From the NCBI RefSeq assembly GCF_018350175.1, contig NC_058368.1, positions 191,706,001 through 191,770,000 on the forward strand: a DNA stretch of 64,000 nt, written 5' to 3'. The notes under the pieces were generated by a model. The model was not told where the DNA came from and made no database searches. It saw only the letters and a list, made by a program, of their open reading frames with translations. Made by a program: the position numbers and the translations under genes. Of this stretch, positions 37,080 through 50,155 are shown one piece after another. Every line of letters starts with the position of its first letter. Within the stretch, counting starts at the first letter, position 1. Origin of the DNA: Felis catus. Taxonomy: Eukaryota.

Positions 37080-37320
37080 AGGTGTAGAGTTTATAAGCAC
37101 AAACCCTGGAGCAAGACGACCTATTTGGGTTTCAGTTCTGACACCACACTACCACCATTTTGGGTTAGTTATTTACATTCTCTGGGTCTCAGTTTCCTCA
37201 TCCATAATAGTAACTATGTTATAGAGTGTGTGGGAAAATTACATTAGTTAATACATGTAATACACATAGAACAGTGCCAGGCAGATAGTAAATACACAAG
37301 AAGTGCTAGCTATTATTTTT
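37080..37320 (+). mobile_element. MIR
   Basis: TCTCTGGGTCTCAGTTTCCTCATC...AGAACAGTGCCAGGCAGATAGTAA. Confidence 0.75.
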
Positions 37321-38220
37321 GGAGATGACACTACTCCACTTCTGTCATCCAAATTCCCATAAGTGAAACTCACTGAAAGAATTGTTCTTAAATATAAGTG
37401 CATGAATGAGCCCTCAGTCTGTGTGATTTAAGGATAGGTGAATGACCCAATGCCCCTAAAGGAAAAGCAAATTTCAATGACTCTAAACATTGGTAATAAT
37501 TCACTTAACTTACTGGGTAGAGATAATTAAATGCCCAATATACTGCTCGAAAATAAATGTTAACATTCTACTTTAAACAAAAACAACAAAAACCTTTCCT
37601 ACCCACTAGCAGATGTCTAGATGTCTAGCGTGTCTAGCACCCATGCTAGATGTCTAGCACCATCATCGGAAATATATCACTTCAATTAAAACTTTGGTTT
37701 TGTTTGCTTTCTCTACCTGTCCTTTTTCCTTCTCTCTCCAGTCACACACAGAACTCCATCAGCTCCAAATAATTTCCTCTACATCTGGCATTCTTCTAAC
37801 TTCAGCTCTTTTTCCCTCTAAACATTGCCTAATTTACGTAATTAACTGGTCGACACATAAGGCCTCTTTTCTTTCTGTTGATGATTTTCTGATGCCTCAA
37901 GCCCCTGGACTGAGTCTACACCACATCTCATTTAAGTGGGTTTTCAAAAGCACCACAAAACACCATATGGCAGGGCAGTACCTTTTCTTTGTCTTTTTTC
38001 CATTGAATTTACTGCACATCCTCCTTTAATTCTTTGTTCTCCTGCTAATTCTCAGATGACACATCTTCCTCCTCTTGGTTCAATCTTCCTTTCCTTCACC
38101 TGGACCTTCCTTAAAGTCTAGCATTTTCCTTTTCACTCTATGTCTTCTACTCCAGTGACTGGATTATCCCCCATGACTTCAACTCACTGCTATGAATATG
38201 CTACAAATCTTTGTCCCCCT

Positions 38221-38252
38221 TTTCTTTAAGTTTATTTATTTCTTTAGGGGGG

Positions 38253-38289
<37 letters not shown>

Positions 38290-38449
38290 AATGAGTTAGG
38301 AAGGGGCAGAGAGAGAGGAAGACAGAGAACCCCGAGCAGGTTCCACACTGTCAGTGCAGAGACCAATGTGGAGCCCAAAAGCAAGAACCATGAGATCCTG
38401 GCCTCAGCCAAAGTCAGATGCTTAACTGACTGAGCCACCCAGGTGCCCC
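38221..38449 (-). mobile_element. Can-SINE
   Basis: Reverse body ending CTGAGCCACCCAGGTGCCCC. Confidence 0.92.
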
Positions 38450-38471
38450 TGTCCTTCTTTATCTGTCTTTC

Positions 38472-38475
<4 letters not shown>

Positions 38476-38520
<45 letters not shown>
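38476..38520. repeat. (CA)n microsatellite, about 22 units
   Basis: Read directly. Confidence 0.97.
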
Positions 38521-38523
<3 letters not shown>

Positions 38524-38995
38524 TTATTATGAACTGGCTCACGTGATTATGAAAGCTGAAATGCCCCCATTATATACTGTCTGCCAACTGGAGACCCAGG
38601 AAAGCCAAAGGTGCCTGACATATCAGTTAGACTGAAAGTGTGGAAACAGAGGAACTGATGGTACAAAGTCCCAATCTGAGTCCAAAGGCCTGAGAACCAA
38701 TGGACTTAATGGTGTAATTTCCAGTCTCCGGGTAGAAGTTTGTTGTCTCAGCTCAAGTAGTCAGGCAGAGAGAGGGCAAACTCTCCATTCTTTGACCTTT
38801 TTGTTCTACTCAGAACCTCCATAAATTGGATGATACCCACCCACACTGGGGAGAGCAATCAGTTTTTTTCAGTCTATTGGTTAAAATGCTACTCTTATCT
38901 AGAAACACCCTTACAGACACACCAGAAATAATGTTTAACCAAATATCTGGCCACCCCGTGATTCATCCAGTTCACACATAAATTTAACCATCACA
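38521..38995 (-). mobile_element. MLT2D-like ERVL LTR
   Basis: TGGCTCACGTGATTATG...CTGGAGACCCAGGAAAGCC...ACACATAAATTTAACCATCACA. Confidence 0.85.
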
Positions 38996-40109
38996 CTAGC
39001 TGTATAATTTTGACCAAGTTGCTCAACTTGAGCCACAATTTTCTCATCTGGAAAATAGGGTTGTTGTGGGGATTATATAACACCTTCAAGACACTTAGCA
39101 TATCCTTTTATCCACCATGAATATCGTCTTCCAACTAACTTCTTACCTATTCATTAAGATAAATTGTCCATGGTGTTTCTTTTTTCCCTCACAAATAAAA
39201 AATACTTATTTGATGTCAGTCATTATTTTTACTATTATGACTCCATATTAACTTGCAGCATTAACTTGCAGATTTTTTTACACTTGTAGTAACTCATCAT
39301 AGTTACTCATGGTGTAGTCATCGACTTATAGATTCTTCCTATGAAATGTTTTTTGTTTCTCTCTACTTTTTTATTTTCCATCCATACTATTTCCACAAGG
39401 CTTTTGTCATTTTATAATAAATCTGCATACAATTTCCAACAATGTCTTCTTCTGGCTCTTGTTTAAATTCATCTACTCTGCGTAATTTCTCTAAAACTCT
39501 ATTATTATCCTGTCATTTCCCCGTTATAAGCTTCCATGATACCCCATTGCCTGCTTGCAGTAAAAAAAAAAAAGTAGTAATATGTAGACTCTTCATTATG
39601 TGACATTAAGTTAATTTTCTAGTGTTATGTCCCACAATTGTCTGCAATTTCCTCCACTCCAGTTCTACCAATTTATTTCTTGGTTTTTGAATCAACTTTG
39701 TGTTCTCACATCAAGGCCTTTGCTAACAATATTATCTTCCAGGAGCATGCTCCAAGCTCCTCTCTATGCATTCTTTTGAAATTCTGATTCCTTGAATTTT
39801 CTGCAGACCACTATGACTCATGTGAGTTTCTGCTTCCTGTGAATCCATAGCCATATCTGTTTACTTCTTGGTTGGTTTTAAATCATGTATTGCTCTGGTC
39901 AGCACGTTCACAGATTTTCAACCCAATATTTAGTTTGAAAATAGCTCCTGCTTCTTTCTAACTGTATGAACTTGAACAAGCCAAATACAACTTCTATGAC
40001 TCTGTTTCCTCAGCTATAAAATGGGTATAATATTGCCCATTTCACAAGGATGCTATAAGATGAAACAATATATTGCATCTAATGTGTGCCAGCTACCAAG
40101 GAAGCAAAA

Positions 40110-41065
40110 TAAAACCCAGACAAGAGAAAAAAAAAGCATTTTCCCATCATATATCTGATAAAGGACTAGTATCCAGTATATATATATGTCAAAGTATAAC
40201 TTTGACAACCCAATAATAAAAGAACAATCCAACTTAAAAGTGGGCAAAGGATTTGAACAGAAATTTACCCAAAGATGTACAAATGGTCAACAAGCATGCA
40301 AAGATGTTCAACATCATCAGTTATTATAAAAATTAAATAATGGAAATGCAAATCAAAACCACAATAAGGTGCTCACCAGGATGATTGTAATTAAAACAAA
40401 AAATGGAAAATAGCAAGTGTTAAGGAGGATGTGAAGAAATCAGAACCTTTATATATTACTGATGATAATGTAAAATGATGTGACTGCAGTAAAAATATAA
40501 TCTGACCCTTGCTCACAAAGTTAACATGGAGTTACATGTGACTCATTAATTCTACTACTAGGGGTGCCTGGATGGCTCAGTCGGTTAAGTGTCCGACTTC
40601 AGCTCAGGTCATGATCTTGTGGGTCCCTGAGTTCAAGCCTCATGTTGGGCTCTGTGCTGACAGCTTAGAGCCTGGAGCCTGCTTCAGATTCTGTCTCCCT
40701 CTCTCTCTGCTCCTCCCCCCACCTCTCTCTCTCATCAGCATGGATGAACCCTGAAAAGATTATGCTAAGTGAAAGAAGTCAGACATAGAAGTCCATATAT
40801 CACATGGTTCCATTTATAGGAAATGTCTAAAATAGACACAGAAAGCAGATTAGTGACCCCAGGTGCCGGAGGGAAATGGGGAGTGATTGTAACAGGTATG
40901 AAGTTTCTTTTGGGGGTGATAAAATTAGATAAAGAAATTCTAATGTGGATTTCTAGATTAAATTGTGATAACAGCACAACCTTGTGAATGTACTAAAAAT
41001 CACTAAATTGTAATACTTTTAAAAGGTGCATCTTATGCTCTGAATATCTCTAAAAATAAAAAAAG
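40110..41065 (+). mobile_element. Ancient L1MB/MC 3' fragment
   Basis: ATATCTGATAAAGGACTAGTATCCAG; GGAAATGCAAATCAAAACCACAAT; TTATGCTAAGTGAAAGAAGTCAGACA. Confidence 0.85.
40561..40733 (+). mobile_element. Can-SINE lacking its tail
   Basis: Normal head and body; CT tract joins L1 sequence directly. Confidence 0.88.
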
Positions 41066-42712
41066 AGAGAGAAAAGTACATCAGAGAGTGCTTAGCTTAT
41101 AGACAACGAGCAATTTGCTAAGTTACCCCTTGCCCCTTTAAAAATGGCAATGTCAGGATTCAAAAATTAAGTCATTCTAATATGAAGACTGGGCTTTTCA
41201 CCACCCCACTGACCTTGACTCTCACATGTACTGAAGCAGAGGTCTGTGAGAAAACAGAGATAGTGAAATAAGCCTTTCTGATGGTTCAGCTACTCTGACA
41301 AAAAGTTGTTTGTTCAATTATATGATCAGTTTATGGTGATTAAAGAAAAACGTTACCATATCTTTTGTTCAACTAAGTGGATCTGTTGAGACTGTACTAA
41401 TAAATCCAGCCAAAGATACAAAAGATTGTACACAGATAATTTAGGGAAGGAAGTAAAAGAATTAGGAAAGGCATGGAAAAAACTAACACTGCTTTTGCCT
41501 AAACAAAATCCTGCAAGCATTGCTTTTGCCAAAAAGGTTATGAAAGGAGTTAACGAAATCGAATTAAACTTGAGGGGAAACTGGTTTGACAAATAATTCT
41601 TCGGCTAGAGACTATATTAAAGCAGGGATTAAAGGGAAATAGCAAATGTTTCTGGGGTGCCAACCATGATGTAATAAATCAGTTACACATGGTTTCACAA
41701 GCCTCTTCTGCCGTTTGCTTAGCCAAGTAACCTTGGTCAAGTTATTTAATTTCTCCAATCATCTTTTACCCTCTTGTGTAAAATACACATAATAAAAAAT
41801 GTCTTCATAAGATTATTATTAGTATATAAAGGGCGGCAAGTAGGTATGCTAGATAGTAGCTCTGGTCATTATTTATTATACAGGGCAGGAAGGATGGTAC
41901 CCAGCATTCAGATGGGGATCAAATGACATTACCCACTTTTGAAGGGAGAGAAGAATTTTTCTATGTCAAATATAAGCCTCTGAATATACACAGATCATGC
42001 CCTAAATCCTCTATTGGTCAGGAAATTTTTATTTGTAATTTTAAAAGTTCAGAAGGAAGCATCATCATTACCCTTGGCGGAAAAAACATAATGTACAGAA
42101 AAATGGGATTCTCTTTTTCAAAATGGCAGACTAAACTGACATAGAAAATTCTCCATCCCATATCAAATAATTTGAAACATTTAAAAATTAAATATTAAAA
42201 ATATTAAAAATAATAAAAATAAAATAAATAAAATATTAAAAATCTCACAAAGATTTCATGGCCCAGACAGTTTTACAAAGGAATTTAAAAAATGTTCGAA
42301 ATCACTTACAATTTAAATGTGAAATGTAAAGTGTTTCAAAGATTAGAAAAAGAAGACAACTACCCAAATGATTTTCTAAGACTGGGATATTTTTACACCA
42401 ATACTAGAAAGGGACAGTAACAGAAAAGGAAATTACTGACCAGCTTACTTTATATACATGGATGTAAAATTCCTATATTAAATGCCCACTGGTTGAATCC
42501 AGCAGTATTTTAAATCTCATAAATCATGCCCAGGCAGTGTTTGTCCCGGGAATGCAAGATTGTCTCAGTATCAGGCTCTATAAAAAAATTACCACAGTAA
42601 AGAGAAGTGTTGGGTCACCTCAATGCATATAGAAAGGACAGTAGACACACATTCATTTCACACATTCTAATAAAAGTTTTTATCAAAGAATAGCAATAAA
42701 AGCTATTGTTCT

Positions 42713-42915
42713 GGGGGTGCCGGGTGGCTCAGTTGGTTAAGTATCCAACTTTGACTCAGGTCATGATCTCACAGTTTGTGGGTTCGAGCCCCGAATCAGG
42801 CTCTGAGCTGTCAGCACTGACAGCCTGCTTTGGATTCTGTGTCTCCCTCTTTCTCTGCCCCTCCCCCATTCACACTCCATCCCTTCTCTCAAAAATAAAA
42901 CATTCAAACATTTTT
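42713..42915 (+). mobile_element. Can-SINE
   Basis: Head, GTTCGAGCCCC B-box, CT tract, tail. Confidence 0.92.
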
Positions 42916-43050
42916 AAATTATTATTCTGATAAAAGATACAAAAACGTTTGAAAACCTATAGCAAACACCATACTTAATGATAAACTTCAGAAGCATTCT
43001 CATTAAATTTAAGGAACAAAACAAAACTTCTCATTATAATATCTATGATT

Positions 43051-43275
43051 TTTTTTTAATTTTTTTTTCAACGTTTTTATTTATTTTTGGGACAGAGAGA
43101 GAGACAGGGCATGAACGGGGGAGGGGCAGAGAGAGAGGGAGACACAGAATCGGAAACAGGCTCCAGGCTCCGAGCCATCAGCCCAGAGCCCCACGCGGGG
43201 CTCGAACTCACGGACCGCGAGATCGTGACCTGGCTGAAGTCGGACGCTTAACCGACTGCGCCACCCAGGCGCCCC
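43051..43275 (-). mobile_element. Young SINEC_Fc-type SINE
   Basis: Near consensus; perfect TSD AATATCTATGATT (43038-43050/43276-43288). Confidence 0.96.
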
Positions 43276-43547
43276 AATATCTATGATTATTTTGCTGAAG
43301 GGCTTAGCCTATGGAATAAGATATGGGAAAAAATCTAATACAAGGATTAGAAATTTTTGTCATTTGCTAACAATTTGTCTATATAGAAAATTGAAAGAAA
43401 AAAATCAAACTGCCAGAACCTGTAAAATAATTCAGCAGGATTACCGGATATAAAATTAACTATAAACATCAATAAGTATTTATGTATTATCAATAATTAA
43501 TAAATATAAGAGAAAAACTGTTATTCACAATAAAAATCAAGAAATTA

Positions 43548-43765
43548 GGGGTGCCTGGGTGGCTCAGTCGGTTAAGTATCTGACTTCAGCTCAGGTCATG
43601 ATCCCACACTCAGTGAGTTCGAGCCCCGCGTCGGGCTCTGTGCTGACAGCTCAGAGCCTGCAACCTGCTTCGGATTCTGTGTGTCCGTCTCTCTGACCCT
43701 CCCGCGTTCATACTCTGTCTCTCTTTGTCTCAAAAATAAATACAATCATGAAAAAAAATTTTTTT
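43548..43765 (+). mobile_element. Can-SINE
   Basis: TSD AATCAAGAAATTA (43535/43766). Confidence 0.94.
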
Positions 43766-44304
43766 AATCAAGAAATTAGATTTAATTAAAGATGCTTAGG
43801 ATCTTATGGAAATATTATTAAATGTATTTAATATATTAATAGAGAAGGAAGGAGAGAATCAAAGGGACAAAAATTTAGAAAGACCCTCCCTGAGGCAAAG
43901 TGCAAAGGAAAACCTAAACTTGATGGTGGAGGTGACCTTGAGGAAAATGTTATTGAAGGTCACAAAAAAGATCTGAATAAATGGAGAAATAATTAGGTTT
44001 TTAGATAGAAAGATTCAATATCTTAGATATTAAAGATTTTTTGGGATTAAAAACCATTATAGGTAAAACAAAAGAGAATTCCTATTAAAACAATAATGGG
44101 GAGTAAGGCATTTATACATACACAAGTAGATTAATGAAAAGTATAGAGAACCGAGAAACAGACGGAAGCATTGGCAACTTCAAATATAAGATCACAGATT
44201 TGAATGAAAAGCAAGATTATTTAATAAATGGTGTTTCTATTTGGAAAAAAAAACTAAAATTAAACCTTTATATCACACTATACACAAGAATTCCAGATGA
44301 GTTA

Positions 44305-44523
44305 GGGGCGCCTGAGTGACTCAGTCAGTTAAGCATCCAACTTCGGCTCAGGTCATGATCTCACAATCCATGAGTCGGAGCCTCGTGTCAGGCTCTGTGC
44401 TGACAGCTCGGAGCCTGGACCAGGCTTCTGGTTCTGTGTCTCCCTCTCTCTCCATCCCTCCCCCTGTTTGCACTCTCTCTTTCAGAATGAAATAAATACA
44501 TAAAAAATAAAAATAAAAAATAA
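44305..44523 (+). mobile_element. Can-SINE
   Basis: TSD AAGAATTCC(A/T)GATGAGTTA. Confidence 0.93.
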
Positions 44524-47467
44524 AAGAATTCCTGATGAGTTAGACCAAAATGCTAAGAAAAAAATTTGAATTTATTTGATGAAGTGTAGGAGGAAGCCTT
44601 TTTGACACTGGAATCTGAAACAATTTATTAGACAAAACAAAAAAAGCACAATTAATAAAGAAAACAATTGTTCAGTTTGGCCTTTTAAAATTCTGGGTGG
44701 TAAAACACCATAAACAAATTTGAGAGATAAGTAGCTGGCTAGGAGGAGTTACAACACAGAACAAGGATTAATGAAAATAATTTAGATGTCGGCCTACAAA
44801 CCATTAAGAAAAAGAAAATAGGAAAACTAGCAAAGGATGTGAAGAGGAAATCAACACAGTCAATGAACAATATGAAAAAATGTACCACCTCACATCAAAG
44901 AAGTTAAAATTACATGGCATCATTTCACACATATCTGATTAATAAAATCAAAAGGTATAATAATACCAATCTTTGGTGAGGATGGAGTAAAAACAGGTAG
45001 GATTATACATCATTGTAATCACTTCAGATACTAATTTGTGTTACGTGGTGAAGTTTAAAATCTATGTAGTATAATCTATGACTTAGCAATTCTGGTTGTT
45101 AGGTGTAAACCTTAGAGAAACACTGGTACTAGACTTTGCATGCGAGGTCATTTATTGAAGCAAAAATGTAAAGAAGAGAAAAGGCTTTTGACAATCTACA
45201 TGCTCACTAATAGAAAAATTGATAAATAAATTGTGGTACCTTCACAGATGAAATACTATAAAGAGATTTTGCAACGCTTTAATTGAAATGATGTAACTAG
45301 ATCTATGTAGATGGTTACATTTAGAAACCATAATGTTAAAGGAAAAGAATAAGATATACAGTAAGTTTTAATTATATCAATTAAAACACACAAATCAATA
45401 TCACATAACATGTAATGTGTATTTTATACAGAAAAAAAAGTACAGGTACGAAGGCATCCCAAACAGTTTGCCTCTGGGAAGGAAAAGAAGAAATACAGAA
45501 AGAAGATCTGACACAACATATTGATTGGAGACCCAGAAGAAGCAGAAAAGATGAAGCAAAAGAAATATTTGAACAGATGATGGCTAAGGATTTTCCCAAA
45601 CTGCAGAAAGATACTGATGTCCAGATTTAAGAAACCCAATGAACTTTCGGTCTGCTTGGGATATAGAGAGCAGAAAAAGCATTCCTTCCTTACAGTAAGA
45701 ACACAAAAGTCAGAAAAACTTCAAGGTCATGACTTTTCTTAAACCTATCAGAAAGCTGAAGTCTTAGGGCAATAGCAAGTCTGAAAACTAAGGAGAGACA
45801 AGTGCTTGCAGAAGAGGATGGGACGTGAGCACTTGCTTACCTGGAAAAGACAAAGGCAGACACCGGTAAGAAGAGTTCAGCTGGAATTTTCATTCATGAA
45901 TTAATAAAGAACAGATGTGGGCTGGTGAGAATATGGAGAGTCCCTTCGGGCTGCAAATACAGAAGGGGTTTATATGACCCAAATGTACTTTCTCCTCCAT
46001 GGCCCTCACTGGACACCTGCCCAAAGACTCCTGAGAAGACATCCCTCCCGGTACAGACCTAGGAAAGGCGAACAGCAGCCACAGCTGTAGGGCCACAAAG
46101 CCTATCCAGATCCTTCTTCCTTTTTCCCCTACACAACTGGGGCAGGCAGGAAATAATGTCACCCCCCATTACTTGGGTGAAAACCCACTGAGAGAAGGTA
46201 ACAGGAAAAGTCTGTCTACCCTTGAGAGAGAAATAAATACAGCTGAGCCCAGAACTACTGCTGGGGAAGAGGCAGGAGCTCTGAGAAGACCATACTCACG
46301 AGACCAATAGACATGATACCTGCCAAAGACTCAGGCTTAATCAAAACAAAGAATACTCCTCACCCAACCCTCACCAACAGGCATCCAGGAATCAGCAATA
46401 GCAGAAACTTCTGGGAGAAGGAAGGAGAGAATCAAAAGGGCAAAAAGGTGAGAGACCCTCCCTGAAGCAAAGTGCAAAATGAAACCTTAAGTTCGTAGTG
46501 GAGCTGACCTTGAGGAAAACCATCTAGCAAACTATCCCTTCTCCTAAACACAAGACACAGCTAGAGGAATATAAAATGTGATACACAGAATGCAACCATA
46601 GCAACCACACACCCCAAGCCCAAGTCATCTCCTGATTAGATTGGTTCAAAATCCTCAAGCAAAGGCAAAGATTGAATTCATGAGGAAGATGTGAATTACC
46701 TAATAATATGGCCCCAAAATACACCAGATAAAAATCCTTATCATTACAAGGAAATATAAGCCAGTTGACAATCACAGTAGATAGATTTAAATACACCCTT
46801 CTGTAACTGACATAACAAACAGACAAAACAGCAAAGACACAGAAAACTTGAACACATGTAGTGATCACGACCTAAGGGACATATATAGAAAATTACGTCC
46901 AATGACTACAGAACACACATTCGTTTCAAGCACACATGGAACACTTACAAAAACTGACCATGTCCTGACCCCTAAAGGTGGTATGGATTTCAAGAGATGA
47001 AAAGTCCAGTTTCTGACTCCAGTGTATTTAAGCAAGAAACAAAGGAAAGGTAAGTAGAAAACTTCATGTTTATAAATTAAGAAATATACTTTAAAAACCC
47101 ATGAATTAAAGAAAACATTAAAATCTAAATTGGAAAATATATTAACTGAATAATAATTAAAATGTTCCTTATCAAAATGTGAGATTAAGCCAAAACTGTA
47201 ATTAGAAAAAAATTACGGCTTACAAACATATATTACAAAAAAGAGACTACAAGTTAGTGAGTAAGCATCCATCTTAAGAAGTTAGATCAAGAAGAGAAAA
47301 ACAAAACCAAAGGAAATAGAAGAAAACAAATGTTTAAATAATAATAGAAATCAGAGAAATACCCATAAAATGAATAAAAAAGTATTAGTTTGAAAAAAGT
47401 AATAAAATTAACAAACCTCTGATGAGATGGTTAAGGAAAAGAAAGGAAAAGAAAGGAAAAGGAACTA

Positions 47468-47585
47468 GGAGTGCCTGGATGGCTCAGTTAGTAGAGCCTG
47501 TGACTCCTGGTTTCAGGGTCATGAGTTGGAGCCCCATATTGGGCACAGAACTTACAGAAAAAAATAATAAAAAATAAAAAAAAAG
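47468..47585 (+). mobile_element. Short Can-SINE (tRNA part plus A-tail)
   Basis: GTGCCTGGATGGCTCAG...GAGCCCCATATTGGGCACAGAACTTAC then A-rich tail. Confidence 0.82.
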
Positions 47586-47693
47586 AAAGAAAAGATGAGA
47601 GGGTATTATGAGCAACTTTAAGACAATACTTTGAAAACCATGGTTCAACGGATAAATTCCTACAAAATATACAAATTACGAATACTGAGCCTA

Positions 47694-47894
47694 GGGGTGC
47701 CTGGGTGGCTCAGTTGGTTAAGTGCCCACCTCACGGTTAGTGGGTTTGAGCCCAGCATTGGGCTCTGTGCTGACAATGTGGAAGCTGCTTGGGATTCTCT
47801 TTCTCGCTCTCTCTCACTGCTCTTCCCCTGCTCATGGGCACTCTCTCTCTCTCTCAAAATAAATAAATAAACAAATATTAAAAAAAAAAAAAAA
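47694..47894 (+). mobile_element. Can-SINE with an internal deletion
   Basis: Head, CT tract, poly-A; TSD GAATACTGA. Confidence 0.9.
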
Positions 47895-48103
47895 GAATAC
47901 TGAATTTAAAAAAAATGGAAAGCCTGAATGGCTCTGTAACTACCAAATAAATGGAATCCATGATTTAAAAACCTATGCCCAAAGACTTCCACCAAACAAT
48001 TAAAGAAATATAATATGAATCTTTCATCAACTTCTCCAAAGATCATAAAAGGAGGGAAAGTTCCTGAATTCATTTGATTATATTTTGATACAAAAACCTG
48101 GCA

Positions 48104-48325
48104 GGGGCGCCTGGGTGGTGCAGTCGGTCAAGCGTCCGACTTCAGCCAGGTCACGATCTCGCGGTCCGTGAGTTCGAGCCCCGCCTCGGGCTCTGGGCTG
48201 ATGGCTCAGAGCCTGGAGCCTATTTCCGATTCTGTGTCTCCCTCTCTCTCTGCCCCTCCCCCATTCATGCTCTGTCTCTCTCTGTCCCAAAAATAAATAA
48301 ACATTGAAAAAAAAATTAAAAAAAA
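48104..48325 (+). mobile_element. Young SINEC_Fc-type SINE
   Basis: Near consensus; TSD AAAAACCTGGC. Confidence 0.95.
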
Positions 48326-49092
48326 AAAAACCTGGCTATGTCAGTATGAGAAAGGAAAATTTAAGCAAGTCTTACTCATAAATATAAATATAAAAACATT
48401 TTTTAAAAACTGACCTGTCCAGCAATATATAAAAAGGGTAAAAATTATAACCAATTTGAGGTTTATTCCAGTAATACAAGTTTGGTTTAATTTTCTTAAA
48501 TATCCAATTTTAATTTTAATAAACATACCATGGTTTTAGGATTACAAGAAGCTGGTGAAGGCATATGGAAACACTCTGTACCATCTTTCCAACCCTTACA
48601 TGAATCTAAAATAACTGTAAAATACAGAGTAAAAAAAATCAGTGTAATTCCTTACATTAACATGTGATGAAGGAGAAAAATATGTAAGTATTTTAATAGT
48701 TGTGAAAAAGCTATTAACAAATTCACAATCCATTCATGATTTTTAAAAACCCTTAGCAAGCTACAAGTAGAAATATAACTTCCTTTATCTAATGAAGAAG
48801 GTCTTTATAAAGTCTAATCAGCAACTTAACTGTAAAATATTAAAACTTTCTCTTTGAGACCAGGAGTAAGGCAAGGATGTCCATTGTCATCCTCCTGTTC
48901 CACGCTGGATTGGTGGTCCAGCCAGACGGCAAGGCAAGAAAGAGATACAGTCATGCACAGAATGGAAAGGAAGAAACAAGACTGAATGAATGCTATGACT
49001 AAAATAGGTAGAAAACCTAAATTATCTACAGATAAATTATGGTAATGTACTAATGAGTTTTGCAACATTACTAGAACTTTCTTTCTCTTCCT

Positions 49093-49160
<68 letters not shown>
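49093..49160. repeat. (TTTC)n microsatellite
   Basis: Read directly. Confidence 0.96.
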
Positions 49161-49250
49161 ATTGAAGGTAATTTCAGTCAAAGTCCCAAAAGCCTCTAAA
49201 ATGTACATAGAAATGCAAACACTCATCATTCATCAAAACATTCTAGAAGA

Positions 49251-49459
49251 GGGGTGCCTGGGTGGCTCAGTCAGTTGAGCATCTGACTTTGCCTCAGGTC
49301 ATGATCTCACAGTTTGTGGGCCCTGTGTCAGGCTCTGTGCTGACAGCTCAGAGCCTGGAGCCTGCTTCGGATTCTGTGGCTCCCTCTTTCTCTGCCCCTG
49401 CCCTTCTCACACTCTGTCTCTCTCAAAAATAAACATTAAAAAAAAATTTAAAAAACCAC
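49251..49459 (+). mobile_element. Can-SINE
   Basis: TSD AACATTCT(A/C)GAAGA. Confidence 0.92.
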
Positions 49460-49709
49460 AACATTCTCGAAGAACGGGTGGGAGAACATGATCTATGAGG
49501 TAGAAAGATTTAGTATGATGCTACAAGTTTCAATACAGTGTGGTATTAGTTCAAATATTAATAAATAGATCAATGGATTCAAATAAGGATCCTTTTGTGA
49601 ACCACATCAAGATTGTCTCCATTCTACCTTCAACTTTAGCCTGCTATTTGCAACAGCGTGTTGGTCTTCACCAGCATCGTGCATGTGCTGGTCGCCACAT
49701 CTTGCTTTT

Positions 49710-49950
49710 TTTTTTTTTTTAATTTATTTATTTTTAATTTTTTTTCAACGTTTTTATTTATTTTTGGGACAGAGAGAGACAGAGCATGAACGGGGGAGGG
49801 GCAGAGAGAGAGGGAGACACAGAATCGGAAACAGGCTCCAGGCTCTGAGCCATCAGCCCAGAGCCTGACGCGGGGCTCGAACTCATGGACCACGAGATCG
49901 TGACCTGGCTGAAGTCGGACGCTTAACCGACTGCGCCACCCAGGCGCCCC
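49710..49950 (-). mobile_element. Young SINEC_Fc-type SINE, in the tail of an older SINE
   Basis: Near-consensus reverse body ending GCGCCACCCAGGCGCCCC. Confidence 0.95.
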
Positions 49951-50155
49951 ATCTTTTTTAAAAAGATATATTTATTTATTTTCTGGGAGAGTGTAAGTGG
50001 GGGAGGGGCAGAGAGAGAGGGGAACAGTGGATCTGAAGTGGGCTCTGTGCTCACAGGCTGACAGCAGCAGGTCCGATGTGGGGCTCAAATTCATGAACCA
50101 TGAGATCATGACATGAGCCAAAGTCACTCAATCGACTGAGCCACCCAGGTGCCCC
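49951..50155 (-). mobile_element. Older Can-SINE
   Basis: Reverse body; the pair is flanked by CCACAT(C/T)TTGCTTTT. Confidence 0.9.

Larger units (their letters stand above)
42110..45500 (+). mobile_element. Degraded ancient L1M ORF2/3' region with SINE insertions
   Basis: GGCCCAGACAGTTTTACAAAGGAATT, ATGGATGTAAAATTCCTA, CCCGGGAATGCAAGATTG, GATCTGAATAAATGGAGA. Confidence 0.72.
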
